64,000 bases of DNA from Nemertoderma westbladi (GCA_032718475.1 JAUCBJ010004194.1:17907-81906); one strand, 5' to 3'; positions 1-13,901 are shown, counted from the first letter of the stretch. Notes: generated by a model not told the origin, from the sequence alone. Numbers and translations: made by a program.

Positions 1-157
1 TAAATTAAATAACAGGATGTATGATAGGCCATTCAAAATATTAAAATAATTCAATAAAAGAGAGTGAGTCAGTTTCATTTTGACTCGTAATTTTGACTGG
101 TATTATTTATTATTCTTGTAATATTTCCATGAACAATGTTTCATCAAGCTTCATCTT

Positions 158-294
158 GTAATATTATGGGTTTGTTCAGAAGTGGAAAAAATGAGAAAGC
201 GCCTGTTAGGCCGAAACGTACGTATAGCGCTGGTTCAACCCCCGGTGACGCGCTTTCTCATTTTTTCCACTTCTGAACAAACGCATAATATTAC
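158..294. repeat. Short foldback/MITE-like palindrome (~45-bp arms, ~47-bp loop)
   Basis: GTAATATTATGGGTTTGTTCAGAAGTGGAAAAAATGAGAAAGCGC (158-202) is the near-perfect reverse complement of 250-294. Confidence 0.8.
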
Positions 295-619
295 ACCTTT
301 AATTACAGTTGCAACAGCTCATTTCCAATTAATTTAAGCTTCATCTTAGTAGGAATCCACGATGACAGTTATTTTTTTTTATCTTTCTATCATTTATCAA
401 AAATACCAAAATGTTATGCTGCCTGATCTAGACTGTTATGTAGTCATTGTGCGCCTTTCTGACATTAAACACACCTCAAGGGATGGAATGCTTGAGCATC
501 TGGACAACTTGTCAAAAATCAAACCAAAAATTGTCAAATTTTAAAAATACTTAGACAAAACTTAGATAGAAATACTTAGAAAAATACTAGTCAAATTTGT
601 TTCTATTTTGGTTTTCAAG

Positions 620-792
620 GGTGCTGATTCCGATGGCAGTGATTATTTTCAATGAAACTGATCAAATGCTAACTTTTGGCGGCAGCTAAAAAATTAAAAT
701 TACAAGTAAACTTGTAATTTTGGTGTGACGCCAAAAAACGACAAATCATCAGAATCATTGAAAATAATGATTGCAATCGGAATCAGGACGCT
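620..792. repeat. Imperfect foldback element
   Basis: GCTGATTCCGATGGCAGTGATTATTTTCAATGA pairs imperfectly with TCATTGAAAATAATGATTGCAATCGGAATCAG. The centre is the hairpin AAATTACAAGTAAACTTGTAATTT. Confidence 0.65.
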
Positions 793-1499
793 TATCCAAA
801 TATAGAAGTGATTGAGATAATTCGACTGTAGAATTTAAAAAGTGTTATTAACTTGCACTTTTCATACTTGGGTGCTTTAAAAATTATACAAAAACATTAT
901 AAGAGATACTATACTCCTCCACAAGAATCAACTTTACTCGAAAAAGCAATAAACATCACAACAAACTGAAAAACAGGGAGGGTCGTCATCTTAATGTCGC
1001 CCCCCCGTCGCATCTTAATGTGCAACTTCAATGTACCAGGCCTAATATAATAATAGTAGTATATCAGCAAAGTCGACAATAAGTTGGATAAGAGGCCTGG
1101 CATTATGTAGTCAATCACAAAAAAAGCGACCAAAAATAAATATCTTGTGATGATTTAAAATAAATGTTATTTAATACCTACATATTTCAGAAGGATTATT
1201 AAGTATGAACAAAATGTCTAATATAGTGAAAAATAAGACATCAATTACCATATTACCTCATGTCTATGTTTAAATAATGAATGATGCTTGCTTGTCTGTC
1301 TGCTGAAGTTATTCCCTAAAGCTGCTGAGTTATTTCAAATTAAAATTGAGGAAATTATGTCTCAGGAATGTTACCTGGGATTCCAATCTGGGTGGGGGAT
1401 GAGTCCCGTATACTTATAGCCGGCACAAATTGAATATGATTAGCAACACTCCAATTTTAGCAAACGATTGAGGAATTACGTCTTGATAGAAAATAACGA

Positions 1500-1842
1500 T
1501 AGATGGACAGGTCTGCTGTGCATCCTTACACAGAGTACCACAGCTCTGCTCCCGAGATCCAACTACGAGCTTTTTAAATGCATTCATTAAATAAATTCTT
1601 GTTTCGCGATCAGCAGTATTTGCTGATTAACTGCCAATAAGGAGGCCAGCGTCATGGCACTTCGAATGTATATGGAACATACCACTACAATCAGTTAATA
1701 TCACTTTCGTTGGACACAGCTTTTCAAAGCTGACCGTCGGCAATGACGTCCGGGTGGGATCGAACTGGTGACCTCAGGGTGGGATCGAACTGGTGACCAC
1801 CGGGTTGGAAGTCTCACGTTCTAACCATTCAGCTAGCAGCTC
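1500..1842 (-). mobile_element. tRNA-derived SINE
   Basis: The minus-strand head has an A-box (TAGCTGAATGG) and B-box (GTTCGATCC, locally duplicated in tandem), followed by an unrelated ~250-bp body. The 3' boundary is uncertain. Confidence 0.6.
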
Positions 1843-2419
1843 AAGTAAAAGATAGACCTGGAAATACTATCTGATACCTTGTATGTCCGCAATTTACCTC
1901 CTCATGGCCTCCCATTTGTCAATTCCATCACCTGCTGCCACTGTACTCAACCCAACAGTTAATGTAGGGATAAGCACAGTGGCAGCAGATGATGGTGTTG
2001 AGTGACGCTGAGTCAGGTATTGATGCTATTGATATTAAAGTGTGGATAAGTAAAAGGGTACAATGAAAGGGTAGTGTATTAACCATGAAACATCACAACT
2101 GCTTTTGTTTTTCATTGCCGAGAATTTTGCTCCCTGATATTGTTCAAATACAGTCTGATGAGCAGCACCTGATCTCGTTTAGTACATGAATGAATGTTTC
2201 ACAATAATGGATCTTAGTAATATCAATTTTCTTTGTAATCGCTGGAGAAAACCCTTTGATGGGAAATAGAAACGCTTCCTAGAATTAACATCATAGGTTT
2301 TGAATGAATAAAACTATGGAGTAACTAATGGATAACAGAGTCCAAGTTTCTTAATTTTATTAACTTTATTAACACGTTATGAAGTGTCTTAATAATATTC
2401 GATTACAAAATATTGAGCA

Positions 2420-3190
2420 ATGATTTATTAGCATGTACTGTATGTAATTATTTCTTCGCTTGGGCTACGTCAAGGGGCCCCTACAAGTGTAACCCTTTTT
2501 TGTTTATATCTAAATGTGCTTGTTAAAAATATTCGATCCGCATGTAAATCTGATCGATTTTTGGTGATTCTTACAAATCATGTTATTAATGGATGATACA
2601 GTAATTACAATAGAAATGACTGTGAAAATAAATTAAGAACATTGTTACAGTATTGCCGGGAATATGGGATGCAATTAAATGTAACAAAAAAGAAATGTTT
2701 TTTGTTAATGGTTCGCCTTCAGAGAGACAACCATTTTCTGTTGATTCAATTACAGTATCTCATTGTACAGATTATGTGTATTTAGGCTCACCTTTTGAAT
2801 GAGAGTGGGAAAATTAGGACAACATTAGAATTACAAGCGAAGCGTTGTACTGACTCAGTGAATAAATTCATTATATTTTGTAATGTTAATTGTGCTGCCG
2901 TTATGCCTTTTCATTTAAAATTAAGAGTTTTGGAGGCATCCTTAATTTATGGATGCGAATACTGGTTCACACGAGATCTCAAAATATGAGAAACAGTATT
3001 ATAAAGCAAATAAGGCGTTACTGACGCGTACGTGAGCGTGATAGTACGCCGAACGATCTCTGCCTGGTCGAGCTTGGCTTGAAACCAGCTGTAGAGATAG
3101 TAGTTAAAGCAAACAAAACAACCATAAATTAATTTATGGGCCACCATAAATTATGACGTCATGGAGAACTTCCGAAAAAAAAAACAATAA
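2420..3190 (+). pseudogene. Degenerate non-LTR retrotransposon RT C-terminal fragment
   Basis: Broken frames read LLMDDTVI (YxDD-like), YGMQLNVTK, YVYLGSP and SLIYGCEYW. Confidence 0.55.
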
Positions 3191-4157
3191 ATTAATTGGC
3201 AAAGATCAGCCACCGTATATAACCTTCACATGGAAACCAGAATGCTATCTTAAATATAATAATTAAATAGAGCGAAATTAAATGCAATATGAGTTCTCCT
3301 TGAGCCGTTTCGCAATTGCGTTGCGCCACTACAGTATTCATTGCGTTGCGTAGCGGATTTTTCAGAAAGCTGATCAATAACAATAGTAAAATACATTAAG
3401 TTTTCTATTTACTTCTAAATTACAAATTATATTAGATTTTGATTTTATCGGTATGGGTGGACGCTCCAATGATATATAGTCCTGGTTCAGGATTTCTGGT
3501 GCCAGCACCAGTCACTGCTAAGTTCTACCCAAGGGAATGGAAATTTTCCATATATTTGACATGGCTGATTAACCATACATTAAAGTACACTCTCGCTTTA
3601 TATCAGCAATGGTTGCGCAAGGCGCATACTGTCGTGTTTTAGCGTCACTACACTGCACTGCACATACTACTGCGTACCAGGCGGGCTCGTTGCAGTCAAT
3701 CATTCGTTTTTCAGCTGTTTAATCAAGGGTATCTAACGCCCTGGTCACATAACTGACAATAATACAGTACAGTAATTAAAATATTTTTATAACTGAAACT
3801 ATTGTTTAATAAGAATGATACAGGGTATGACACATATCCATGGCCGGCGTCAATGGGTGCAGCTCCACCCCCCAAAAAGTGTGGAAAGGTCTGTAATTTT
3901 ACGAATATATTTTCAATGTCAGAATGTGGACTAATACAATATTTTTTATGTAATTCTTAAACCAAAAGAACACGCAGTCACTTGAATCTGAATCCAATCA
4001 CATTTCTGCCCACTTACTATTACTGGGTGATGCTTACTGTCAACAGTCACCATCGTACCGATACCACTACACAATACACCTCTATTACATTACCTGCAAG
4101 TTAGTTACAATATTTTCAATGTTTAGTTCATTTACTTTTGGTTTAGTGTTTAGTACG

Positions 4158-7100
4158 TGTAGCAGTAACACCCAACTAACAGACGATAGGTCGGCAATTT
4201 GTGACGGGATCTGAGATCCCGACTGGGTAAGATTTATATGCGTCACTTGACTGCTGGTCTGCTGGGCTAGTGTCCTTTTGGCCGAAGCCTGTTGGGGAAA
4301 ATAACAGAGTTTGTGTTTCTCGATGTTATATCAGTGTGTATAGTAATAAATGATGTTACTAATAAAGTGATGCAAGTGATGGTTAAAAACTATAACCGGT
4401 CTGCAACTCTGTGATTAATGAACTGACCAGTAAATCAGTAATCAGGATAACTATATGATTGATACACATAGATATTGGTTTCACCTCTACTTTACTTGGC
4501 CTTCTGTGCCCAATGGATGCTTTCCTATCTTTTCGCACGTGCTACCCTGCCCGCTATTGGCTTATATTCTAATTGTCACTTTGGCACTCCCTGTGAGTGT
4601 TACCCCCTGCTGCTAGCCTTGACTAGCTGTGTTCTCCCTCCGAGGTGGTTTGACCTCTCACCTCTCTCTGTGGCTTTAGGGCCTGTATCACCCCCCCCCC
4701 CCCGAGTTGGTTATGAGGCGAGATTATTATTGGTAATCTCGTATCGCCTACTATATTGGTAAAATGCCACTGGTCCCATTTTCAGGTGGATAATGCAATG
4801 GAATTGAATCCGCTTACACTCCCCCCATGCTATCTTCCCGGTAATAAGATAGCATCAACCTTAAGTGCGCTTCGATTCCGCTGGAACCCATCTAATATTG
4901 GGTGTGGGGTGGAGTTCTTTTCTCGGGGTCGGCTTTCCAGACCGCCCCCCCTGGGTGTGTTATTACTACCCCTCCTTGGTGCAATCGCGAGCTATGTTGC
5001 ACCAAGGTATCTGGTGTCTCTGTTTGAGTCAATTGTGCTCACTCTCCACACAATTTTCTTTACCCTTACTCAAAACTCTCTCATGGACCTTGCTGTCCCT
5101 TATTCTCTCTCCGGTCCCTTGGGACTCTTCCTCTCTCACTGCTTGCTTCCCACAGTTGAATTGCATTGCTTTCACTCCCTCACGCACCAACACCTCCTCT
5201 CCGTACTTCCCCCGTTTCCCTTGTACTCGACCGATTCCTACTCCACTCACCCCTGATGAGCCTCACCCTCCCCTTTGTGCCATCGCACTAAAGAAGCGTG
5301 ATCCGTCCAGTGTCTCGTCCTCCTGTCATAGTCAATTGGTCCCCAGTCCCAGTAGCTAATTGGAAAAAGGTTGTATATATGACTATAGTATTTACATTGA
5401 TTGTATATTTATATTGATTCATAGATTATCTACATACATACATACTAATTGCACTTAATTATTTGCACTTAGAAGTTCATATTTTACACTACATGTGGTG
5501 CCTTCCAGGCACACCCACATCTCTGTCCCTGAGTTCTAGTTCGCTCCTCCCGTCTTCGGGAACCATCTAAGTTCTTTGCCCCTGTCATCGTCTTGTCTGG
5601 GCCGCTTCCTTCCTTCCAGCTTGTCCTCCCTGAGACTTCTCATTCTTGCCATTACCATCTTGCTAAGCCAAACCAAACTCTGCTAAACCAAACTCTGAAA
5701 TGGTTAGTTAGTAGGCGTTCTAACTATGTACGACTTATTCTTTCGTGGAGGATTTACCTTACAGCATTGGATGCCTACACCTTCCATAACTAGCACTTTA
5801 TTGGACAGACACTCTACATACACTGCAATCGCCTCAGACCTAACAACAGTTAGACAACAATCCGGCCTACAAATTATTTATACAATCTGAGCAGGCTTAC
5901 ACACCTTCTGCTCAATATTACACTTACCGGTAAATAAAACTGACAGAAACATATAAGCTCTAAAAGAAATAAGGGGTGTACAGTCCCTACTCTCTTAAAC
6001 AGCCTACTAATATACAATATATCATAATCGAAATAATACTGGGTAAGTACCGGTTCGGGTTACTAGGCCTACAGTTTACCGTCCGACCGGTACGTTCGAC
6101 TTTATTGCCTACTGAGCAATAAAGAAACTGAAAACTATTAATGTTCTCACCAGAACATTAAACAAAATATATCTATTGCCTACTGCGCAATAAAGAACTA
6201 AATCTATTAATGTTCTCACCAGAACATTAGACAAAATATATTTATTGCCTACTGCGCAATAAAGATGACAAAATCTATTAATGTTCGCGCTGTCAGACCT
6301 TTAGCAGTTTAACCTGCCAATTTTAAATGTCCTTTTGATTATGAATCGACTTTAGCCCTTACCAATTACCTGGTGTACTGAAGTTACATCTGCCGAAGCC
6401 AGTCTGTGCGCGGCGTATGACCCACGGTGTGGGAGACTGGATTCGGGTTCCCTAGGAAGTATTGCAGTGTAGACTACTTTGTATTATTCGATTGATCGCT
6501 ACTATACAATCTCTGACAACTATATTTACTTTCGGGGAAATATTAACAGTTCCTTTAGGACGTGGCGCTTTAAGTATAAAAACAGAGTTATGACTTACAC
6601 TAATCACAACTAAATGGCCACAGCGTTTCGTAAATAGCGCATTCTTTAGGAGATGCTTTATTAACCTTCACACGACTTCATACGACTTCACACTATTTCA
6701 CACTAATTTACACTAATTCACACTAATTTGCCGACTGTCACTGATTTTGATCATATATAAGGAGGATTGCCACTGACACACGTAGGGATTATGAAATTTA
6801 ATTCACACAAAACCACACAGTCGCAGTTTAAGTCGCAGTTGCTACCAGTAGACTCTTTTTCCGCTTACCTCAGTAATCAAGAAGATTGAGGGGGTTTATG
6901 ATTATTTATCGGTATTCTCCAAATATAACATCCATTAATATAAACAACAATTAACACAATATAAAACAGCAGTAAAAACAGTGCAGTGAACAGTCAGTAT
7001 GTGTTCAGTCATATGAGTTGAGATATGTGAGATGAGAGGGTTAATAGATTTACGTTCTTATAACTAAGGCCATCAGATGTTCTTGGGCCAAAGTCTGAAA

Positions 7101-7380
7101 CGACCGAATTCTGAGATGAATCTAATTCTCAGAAAAACGATAACCATAATGCATTGCGCTAGTTTCCTCAGGTAGGTCTCTACTGGCGTAACTGGGAAGA
7201 TTGCTCTGATTGGCTGAATAAGCTTGAACAAAGAGATCTCCACGTACACAAAGAATCAGCTGACATCATCTTGGTTCTAATTTCTCTCCAACGCGTAGTT
7301 GAACAAATTTAGGGCTATTTTAGAGTATTCTGCGTATTGTGTAAAAATGACTTGTTATGTCCGCAAAAGCTTTTACACAG
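4158..7380 (-). mobile_element. Possible degenerate, chimeric LTR retroelement remnant
   Basis: On the minus strand, an LTR-like block (~7380-6850) with CCAAT/TATA-like motifs is followed by TGGTAGCA (PBS-like) and a repeat-rich leader. There is a vestigial knuckle-like CNIARDC near 5000 and a polypurine tract AACTCG(n) followed by TG at ~4690. The two putative LTRs do not match. Confidence 0.3.
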
Positions 7381-9380
7381 TTCTTTATTTAGTTTATTGT
7401 ATGCTTTCTTTGTCATACTTTGCTCATTCTCTATGATGCACTATGATGCAAATGCATGATTGAATAAACTAAATTGCCCCTAGGAGATTGTTGATGTGTG
7501 ATGTTTTAGTGTTCATAATTGTATTGTGTTTTAGATGTTCATCCACGGTGCACTTTTTCAATCTCTTACCTCAAGATTAAAATAGCTGTTGCTCCTGGCA
7601 GCAGCGTAGTAATTCAAAAAGTAATTCAGTAATTCACTTAAGCTCTCTGTTTCAGTTGAACAACCCAATGAAACACACTGGGTTGGTGACCTGAATGGTT
7701 TAATAAAATGAAAAATCTTCTATCTTATGCTAATCAGCTTCTACATTCCGATCTTAGGGAACTCCACTGTGCCTTTCAATCATCAAATTATTTCCTATTA
7801 TCATTGCTGAGATTGTCAGTCATTGAATTCTTTGTTGCAAAGTGTGATATTTGAGGCAGTTCTGACGGAAATAGGTGTACGCACCTATTTCCCTATAAAT
7901 AGGGATGCACTCCATCACCCATGTAGGGAGGTGGGCTGTTTCAGTGATTCCGGGTGCAATATGGATATTAGAGGAGAAAGCAACTGCGTAATGCATAAAA
8001 GAGGTCCACAGTCCCAATCGTTGTCATTTGATTGGCTAGGGAATGGGCGGACATAGTGATTCGCTATTGTCCATGGTGCAGGATCATGCTCACTGGAATT
8101 TATAGTGGTAATTAAGTTGAGTAGCTTGCATATCTAATGTGATGGGACTGGTGTCACTTTATTTTGTGATAGACTGCAAACCGAGAATAAACTTTATTTC
8201 ACGGTATCTGCAACTAACAGGTAGAATGAATTGAGTATAGTAGCCATCATTTGTGTTGAATTGATTAGTCACAATGATTAGTTATGTACATGACAGTACT
8301 ACCAACATCATATGATTGAGTCTGATGCAGCTTTGTGTATAGTGCAGAATCGATACAGATAATGGAATGGCTCCAGCCATATGTATCTCTAGGAGAGAGA
8401 AATGAGTCAATGATTAGGATGGAGAAAACATATGTTCATTTGAAGAAATTCCAATCTGGATCAGAGGGTTTTAAGTTCCTTTGGATGGCGTAGTGGTTGC
8501 TGCAATGACCACAATACAGTACTGTACCATTCACACTGAAATGATACAGTCTATAACAACTATAGCCTTGGATTTTTTGCCATTTGTGGAAAGTGTAAAA
8601 GATCAACGGATTGTGGGCTGAAATACTCATATGTTTCCTACCACAGACAAAAATATGTTATAAATTCACAACTTAAATTAACAATTATTGAACAAATTAA
8701 CACTCACACACCTCAGTTGATTTCTGTCAATAATTAATGTTAATGCTCAATATAGCAGCACACGCAGGGAATATGTAATACATTAAATAATTTATATTCA
8801 ACATTATGAGTTTAAGGTAGAACGTAATAAGTGTAGGGGGATGGAAGGAGAACTACCTGCGATGTTGCTATGGGGAAGGTGCTACAACAATTTAAATTAT
8901 TTATATGTAATTATATTATATGTTAGTTTAAGGTAGAAGAAAGTATAAATAAATCGTTGTCTGAGAAACCGTTGAGTTGTTTCTATGGAGAACGTTCGCA
9001 GTCATTGAATTAATTATATGTAACATAGCGAATTGAATGTAAGAAGTATGGGGAAATAATCTGAATGGCTGCGTTGTTATGGAGAACTTTTTCTCTCCAA
9101 TCAGCAAATAATTATGCCCTGCCCGTATAATACAAGTTATAATACAATATTCAAAATACAAGCAATCACTAGGTAACAGCTAAATTGAACATTTTTGTAA
9201 ATTCATTTGTGGGCTGAGTCACGAATGTAAGCGAGTTTAGTATATGAGTACCACTAACTCAATCAGTGTGTCTATTGTTCTGTTGTTCTGTAGTTCTGTT
9301 GTTCTGTTATGTTCAATTTTAAACGTTAGCCAAATGACTCAGCCAAATGTTAATGAAATCTATCCAAATTTGGTACACAT

Positions 9381-9489
9381 GTAGTCTGGTAAAAGTTTAA
9401 AAATTTTCCGTTCCAGTTGAATTTCCGTGCGGCCTGTAGTCTGGTAAAAGTTTAAAAATTTTCCGTTCCAGTTGAATTTCCGTGCGGCC
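9381..9489. repeat. 54-bp tandem duplication
   Basis: TGTAGTCTGGTAAAAGTTTAAAAATTTTCCGTTCCAGTTGAATTTCCGTGCGGCC occurs twice head to tail. Confidence 0.9.
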
Positions 9490-9950
9490 TTCGAGAAGCT
9501 AAGATAAAAGCAGTTAATTAGTTAATTAAATTGATTACGGTAAAAACAGCATTTTCAACCTGCTTCTTAAAGGATATTAATTATTTTCTAGTGTAAGATT
9601 TAAATAATTATACTTAACAATTATACAACTGGGAACCAGTCCAACCACACATTGGGGGCTTTTCCCTCTTTTTGATTTACTGGTGTTTGGTTAAATTTCT
9701 TAAATTCCCAAGTTTGTAATACGGTAGAATCGCTCAATATTAATCTGTATCTCATAACTGAGCCTCGTGCTGCGCGAAGTCCCCACGAACGTGTTAAATT
9801 GAACCACCACAGCTAAAAGTATGGCTCCTCTCTCGTGGCAATTACTTGTTGTAAGGAACGGATGGTGCCTCTTTAATTGCCAGTTTTTATACAGTTTGCA
9901 TGCAGAGACAGCATATGCAACATATGCGAGTGACAATTACTTTGACTAAA

Positions 9951-10197
9951 AAGTGGGCACGCTAAGCTAATTGGGCACGCTAAGCTAAGTGGGCACGCTA
10001 ATCTAAGTGGGCACGCTAATCAAAGTGGGCACGCTAATCTAATTGGGCACGCTAAGCTAAGTGGGCACGCTAATCTAAGTGGGCACGCTAATCTAAGTGG
10101 GCACGCTAAGCTAAGTGGGCACGCTAAGCTAATTGGGCACGCTAAGCTAAGTGGGCACGCTAAGCTAAGTGGGCACGCTAAGCTAAGTGGGCATGCT
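9951..10197. repeat. 18-bp minisatellite (GGGCACGCTAAGCTAAGT), about 13-14 copies
   Basis: Directly visible tandem array with no spacers. Confidence 0.95.
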
Positions 10198-10671
10198 ACC
10201 GCTTTTACAACGCAATCACACCATTCGAGAATGTAGGCTCAAATTTGGAAACATTAAAGTTGCGTCATTGTTTTATAAAACAACGAGCTTTATGTCGTTA
10301 GATATACGATAATTTCTCATTGCTTGTAAGGACTTGGCATGTAAGGATTCCAAATATGTAATAAAATGTCGTTGTAAAATAACTGAGATATTGGCAATCG
10401 TGCTAAACGAATACTGAACAACACCCACAACACCCCCACCCCCAACCCCCCGACTAACATAAATTAGCACAGAAATACCATAGACATATATTACAGACAC
10501 AGACACATAGACATATATATTATGATCATTTATTATTAATAAGAAAATAATTTAAAACATATTATAATAAACAGTCAGTAAATATGGAAAAAATGTGTTA
10601 AACTATAGCAAATGGATAAGCAAATGGAGCTAGAAAATAAATTTGTCACCATGTCATATAAACAATAGGAT

Positions 10672-10957
10672 ATGTATGCAACGTTGGTAAGGCTTACCAC
10701 CTTCATGTTGGCCAATGTGGTAGGCTTATCGCTCGGTGGTCTTTACATCAACAATTTCTGCACTAACCAAACCCAACTTGGTATATCTACTAAAGCCACA
10801 TCTTCCAACCAATGCAGCATTGAATGTGGGCGGAACGATCAATGCTGGTCTTTCAACGTCACTGACAGATGCGAAATATATGAAGAGGATTGTCTGGCAG
10901 ATATGGTCAGCTGGGATGTTGAAACTCTGGGGAGACGTTGGATCAGCAAGGAAAAAG
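10672..10957 (+). CDS. Host gene exon 1: signal peptide + PAN/apple-like domain
   Basis: Hydrophobic N-terminus MYATLVRLTTFMLANVVGLSLG, then C..SSNQCSIECGRNDQCWSFNVTDRCEIY (PAN-like CxxxC-x5-C-xSF...C). Phase-1 donor G|GTTAAA at 10957/10958. Confidence 0.7.
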
Positions 10958-11059
10958 GTTAAATTAAATATTTAATCTGAATATTAAAAAAATATAATAT
11001 TTTGTTGTCCTAATGCATTCTGCATAAATGCATGGTGTAATATTATATACGATATATTA

Positions 11060-12290
11060 TATTATATTACTGAATATATACGTATAGTATATCTGTAGTT
11101 TCTCTAAGAGTACTAGGCCCAATAACGAAATAAAACAGTTTTCAGTTTCGAATTTAAAAATTGTCAATGTAGTGGCTGATCGCACGTCATAAGGTAGTGA
11201 GTTCCAAACACGTGGCCCGGCAATGGAGAAGGCGTGCCTTCCATAGTTATCTAGCGAGTACCAAGGGATCACCAAAAGATTACCAGCACTCGAACGTAAT
11301 TCTCTACCGGGTGTGTATGGCGTCAATAAGTCGCTGAGATAATGCGATGCCAAGCCATTCAGACTCTTATAGCACAACATTGCCAGTTTAAATTCCACCC
11401 TTCTATTAATAGGGAGCCAATGAAGTCGTTTTAGAACGGGAGTTATGTGTTCTCGCTTCTTGACACTTTCTAATAGTCGCACAGCAGAGTTTTGTACAGT
11501 ACATATTGCAACTTCTTCATATTTTTGGCAGGCAATCCATAATAAAAAGTTATTATTATCCAATTAACTTGTTATAAAAATTGTTGCAGATTGTACTGTA
11601 GATGGCTTTCCTCTGGAGTATAGTCAGCGGAGATGTATAATTTATTATAATGAAGGAGACTGAAGGAGAACTGTTCGTTTTTGCTGAGGAAGAGTAACAA
11701 GTTCTTGGATAGGGCGATTAAGGTTTGCAGTATTATTATTGTTCCTTGATTTGGCTTTTTTCGCATATGATGCACGAGTCCACATTCCCTCATTATCTGA
11801 CTCAGAAGTAAATATTACATCAGTCGTTGTAGTACGCCTATTGGATAAATTAGATTCAATCCCATTGAATTTTAATTGTATTTCCTCGTCCTTTGTGTCT
11901 CTTTCAATTCGTAATTCCTTCAAGCTGGTGAAATTCACTTAACTATAATCTTTCAAATTCTGCTCAAAATCAAATGATTTAGTGGCTAGACCATCCAACT
12001 GTTGGATGATATCCCATATCGTTTCATCAACCCGCGATTCAATAATATCCATGTCCTTCCCAGCTCGGGTTAGGCGGAGGCCAATGCATCTCCCGCAGTA
12101 GAAATCAACTCGTCCAAAGTCTGTACCCCATTTGGCAAGGCAGATCATCGAAGTATCACAATGGGCGCCAGAGCAACGGACTTTGATTTCCGTTAAACCA
12201 TCATCCCGAGAAGTTGGTGAGCCAGGGGTAGGTGGAATAGAAGAGCACGCTGACATAGCTGACAATTTCCTCGAATATATATTTATATTC
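11060..12290 (-). mobile_element. Internally deleted L2/CR1-group LINE (ORF1 remnant joined to ORF2 3' end)
   Basis: 11057-11500 reads VQNSAVRLL..REHITPVLKRLHWLPINRRVEFK..LRSS..AFSIAGPRVWNSLP, typical of the L2/CR1 ORF2 C-terminus. 11645-12265 has a Cys-rich PHD-like and coiled-coil ORF1-like remnant. Confidence 0.75.
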
Positions 12291-12410
12291 GATTTCCTAT
12301 TATATTATATTATATACGATATAGAATATATAATATAATAAAGAATATATATAATATATAATATATAATAGAATATATACGATATTCTATTATTTATATA
12401 TAAATATTAT

Positions 12411-12995
12411 CATCCCATCATCATTATGATGATCTAAGAACATGCGTAGAACCTGGATAACTCTCCATAACACTTCGAATGGATCTGTGTCACCATCAAC
12501 AGTAGACACAAAAATGTTGTTGAACCATTGTATACTAATATGATTGCTGCAATAATTTCATCAGGAACCTATATAATGAAAGTATGCTGAACAAACGTGA
12601 GCGAGAGACTGAATCAAAGGCTTTGAAGAAGTCAACAAAGATAACAGCCAGGGAGCAGTCTCTCAATGGGATCCTTGATGCGATTTAATAGAATTATATT
12701 GTATAGCTTTGCAGCAATCGAGATCAATGAGATTCCTGGAAAAGATCCATAGTGTTAGGTTGCCCTTCTAGGGAACTGATACCAACTTATTTGTTTTCAT
12801 TTCTTGTGGGACTCTCATCATACTGCTAAGATGGGGGAAAAAGAGCTCCAAAAACTCTGATATTTTAAAGACCCCTGGGAGAACACAATCTACTGCACTA
12901 GCACGATTTGTCGTAATGTTCTTTGCAGTAGCCTTCACATCAACAAAGGAGATATCGCCAATTCGACTATCTTGTAGTACAGACTCGGACACTTT
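12411..12995 (-). mobile_element. RTE-clade LINE RT fragment
   Basis: Colinear with the RTE copies at 24.2-24.9 kb and 56.4-57.0 kb (KTNKLVSVP, GISLISIAAKLYN, DFFKAFDS). Confidence 0.8.
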
Positions 12996-13692
12996 CACAG
13001 AAGTCATCCATATGCCGAAGCATACCATCCTTTTCGAACTTATGTTCATATAGTCAGACTTTTCCTGAGAACTTACAAGGTAAAACAAGGTAAACTGTCA
13101 AACCTTTGGAGTTCTTGGAGTTAACAACAAGACAAACAATAGAAGCTCCCTGTTCGAATGACCTGTGGAGAGTTTGGACTCACTCTAGTGATTCTGAGAT
13201 GGTGTCATCTGAGTCAAAGTCAGCAAAGTCTAAATAAGCTAGGTGCTTGGCTGGATTGCCTCAGATTTCCTGTGGCTGCAATAAATTGCTCAAAAATCTC
13301 ATATATTGTTATTGCTCTTTACCTGAATCAAAGGAGACTGAATTAAATCAATAAAGAAAATTGCCAGATATAGGTATTTTTTCTTGACAACTCTTAAATT
13401 ATCCTTATAAGAGCCAGAATGGGCTCCATGGTTAATTTAACTAACAAAAAATGTAGGATGTTTATTTTGTGAAGGTAATTATTAATGAAAATACAAAATA
13501 TACAAACTAATTTATAGGAAATGAAATGTTAAAAGATATGTATAATAATATTATTTAGAAAGAATGATATAAAAATTTACAATAAACTTTAATAATATTA
13601 TTATAAAAATTAACAGTTAAAGTAATTTAAATTCAATAGCAACCGTAAGGTAGTTTCTCAATCTATAGCAAATCAATCGGAAAGATGCAGGA

Positions 13693-13778
13693 GCCTCTGT
13701 GGTGTATGGTCAGCATACCTGTACGTTTATCGGGAGACGCAGGTTCGATCCCCACTGGTGGCGAATTCATTTTTTCCG
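13693..13778 (+). other. tRNA-like Pol III unit (pseudo-tRNA or SINE head) inside an inverted repeat
   Basis: A-box-like TGGTGTATGG, B-box GGTTCGATCC and a downstream T-run. I could not fold a clean cloverleaf. Confidence 0.5.
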
Positions 13779-13901
13779 CTCCATTTGCTATAGAGTTGGA
13801 TCATACTAAGTCCTGTTTAAATTACTTAATAATTTATACAATGTATGGATGTTAAAACATATAAACAATAAAATTAAAAGTTGTATCATCATTCCTTCTA
13901 G

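Noticed and set aside
190-235. Hammerhead-like GCCTGTTAGGCCGAAACGTACGTA in the foldback loop
   Set aside because: It has GAAA and a palindromic stem III-like segment but no CUGANGA core or stem I.
1765-1842. Functional tRNA gene
   Set aside because: The B-box region is duplicated, the acceptor stem is poor and it runs into a SINE-like body.
4475-5359. Overlapping ORFs of 95-166 aa as host genes
   Set aside because: Low-complexity translations of pyrimidine-rich DNA with no domains or splice structure; more likely the antisense of a decayed retroelement.
9951-10197. Tandem arrays here and at 27.2, 29.2-34.7 and 59.4 kb as CRISPR arrays or repeat-protein genes
   Set aside because: Units are head to tail with no unique spacers, there are no cas genes, and the context is eukaryotic. 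The periodic ORFs are by-products of the repeat units.
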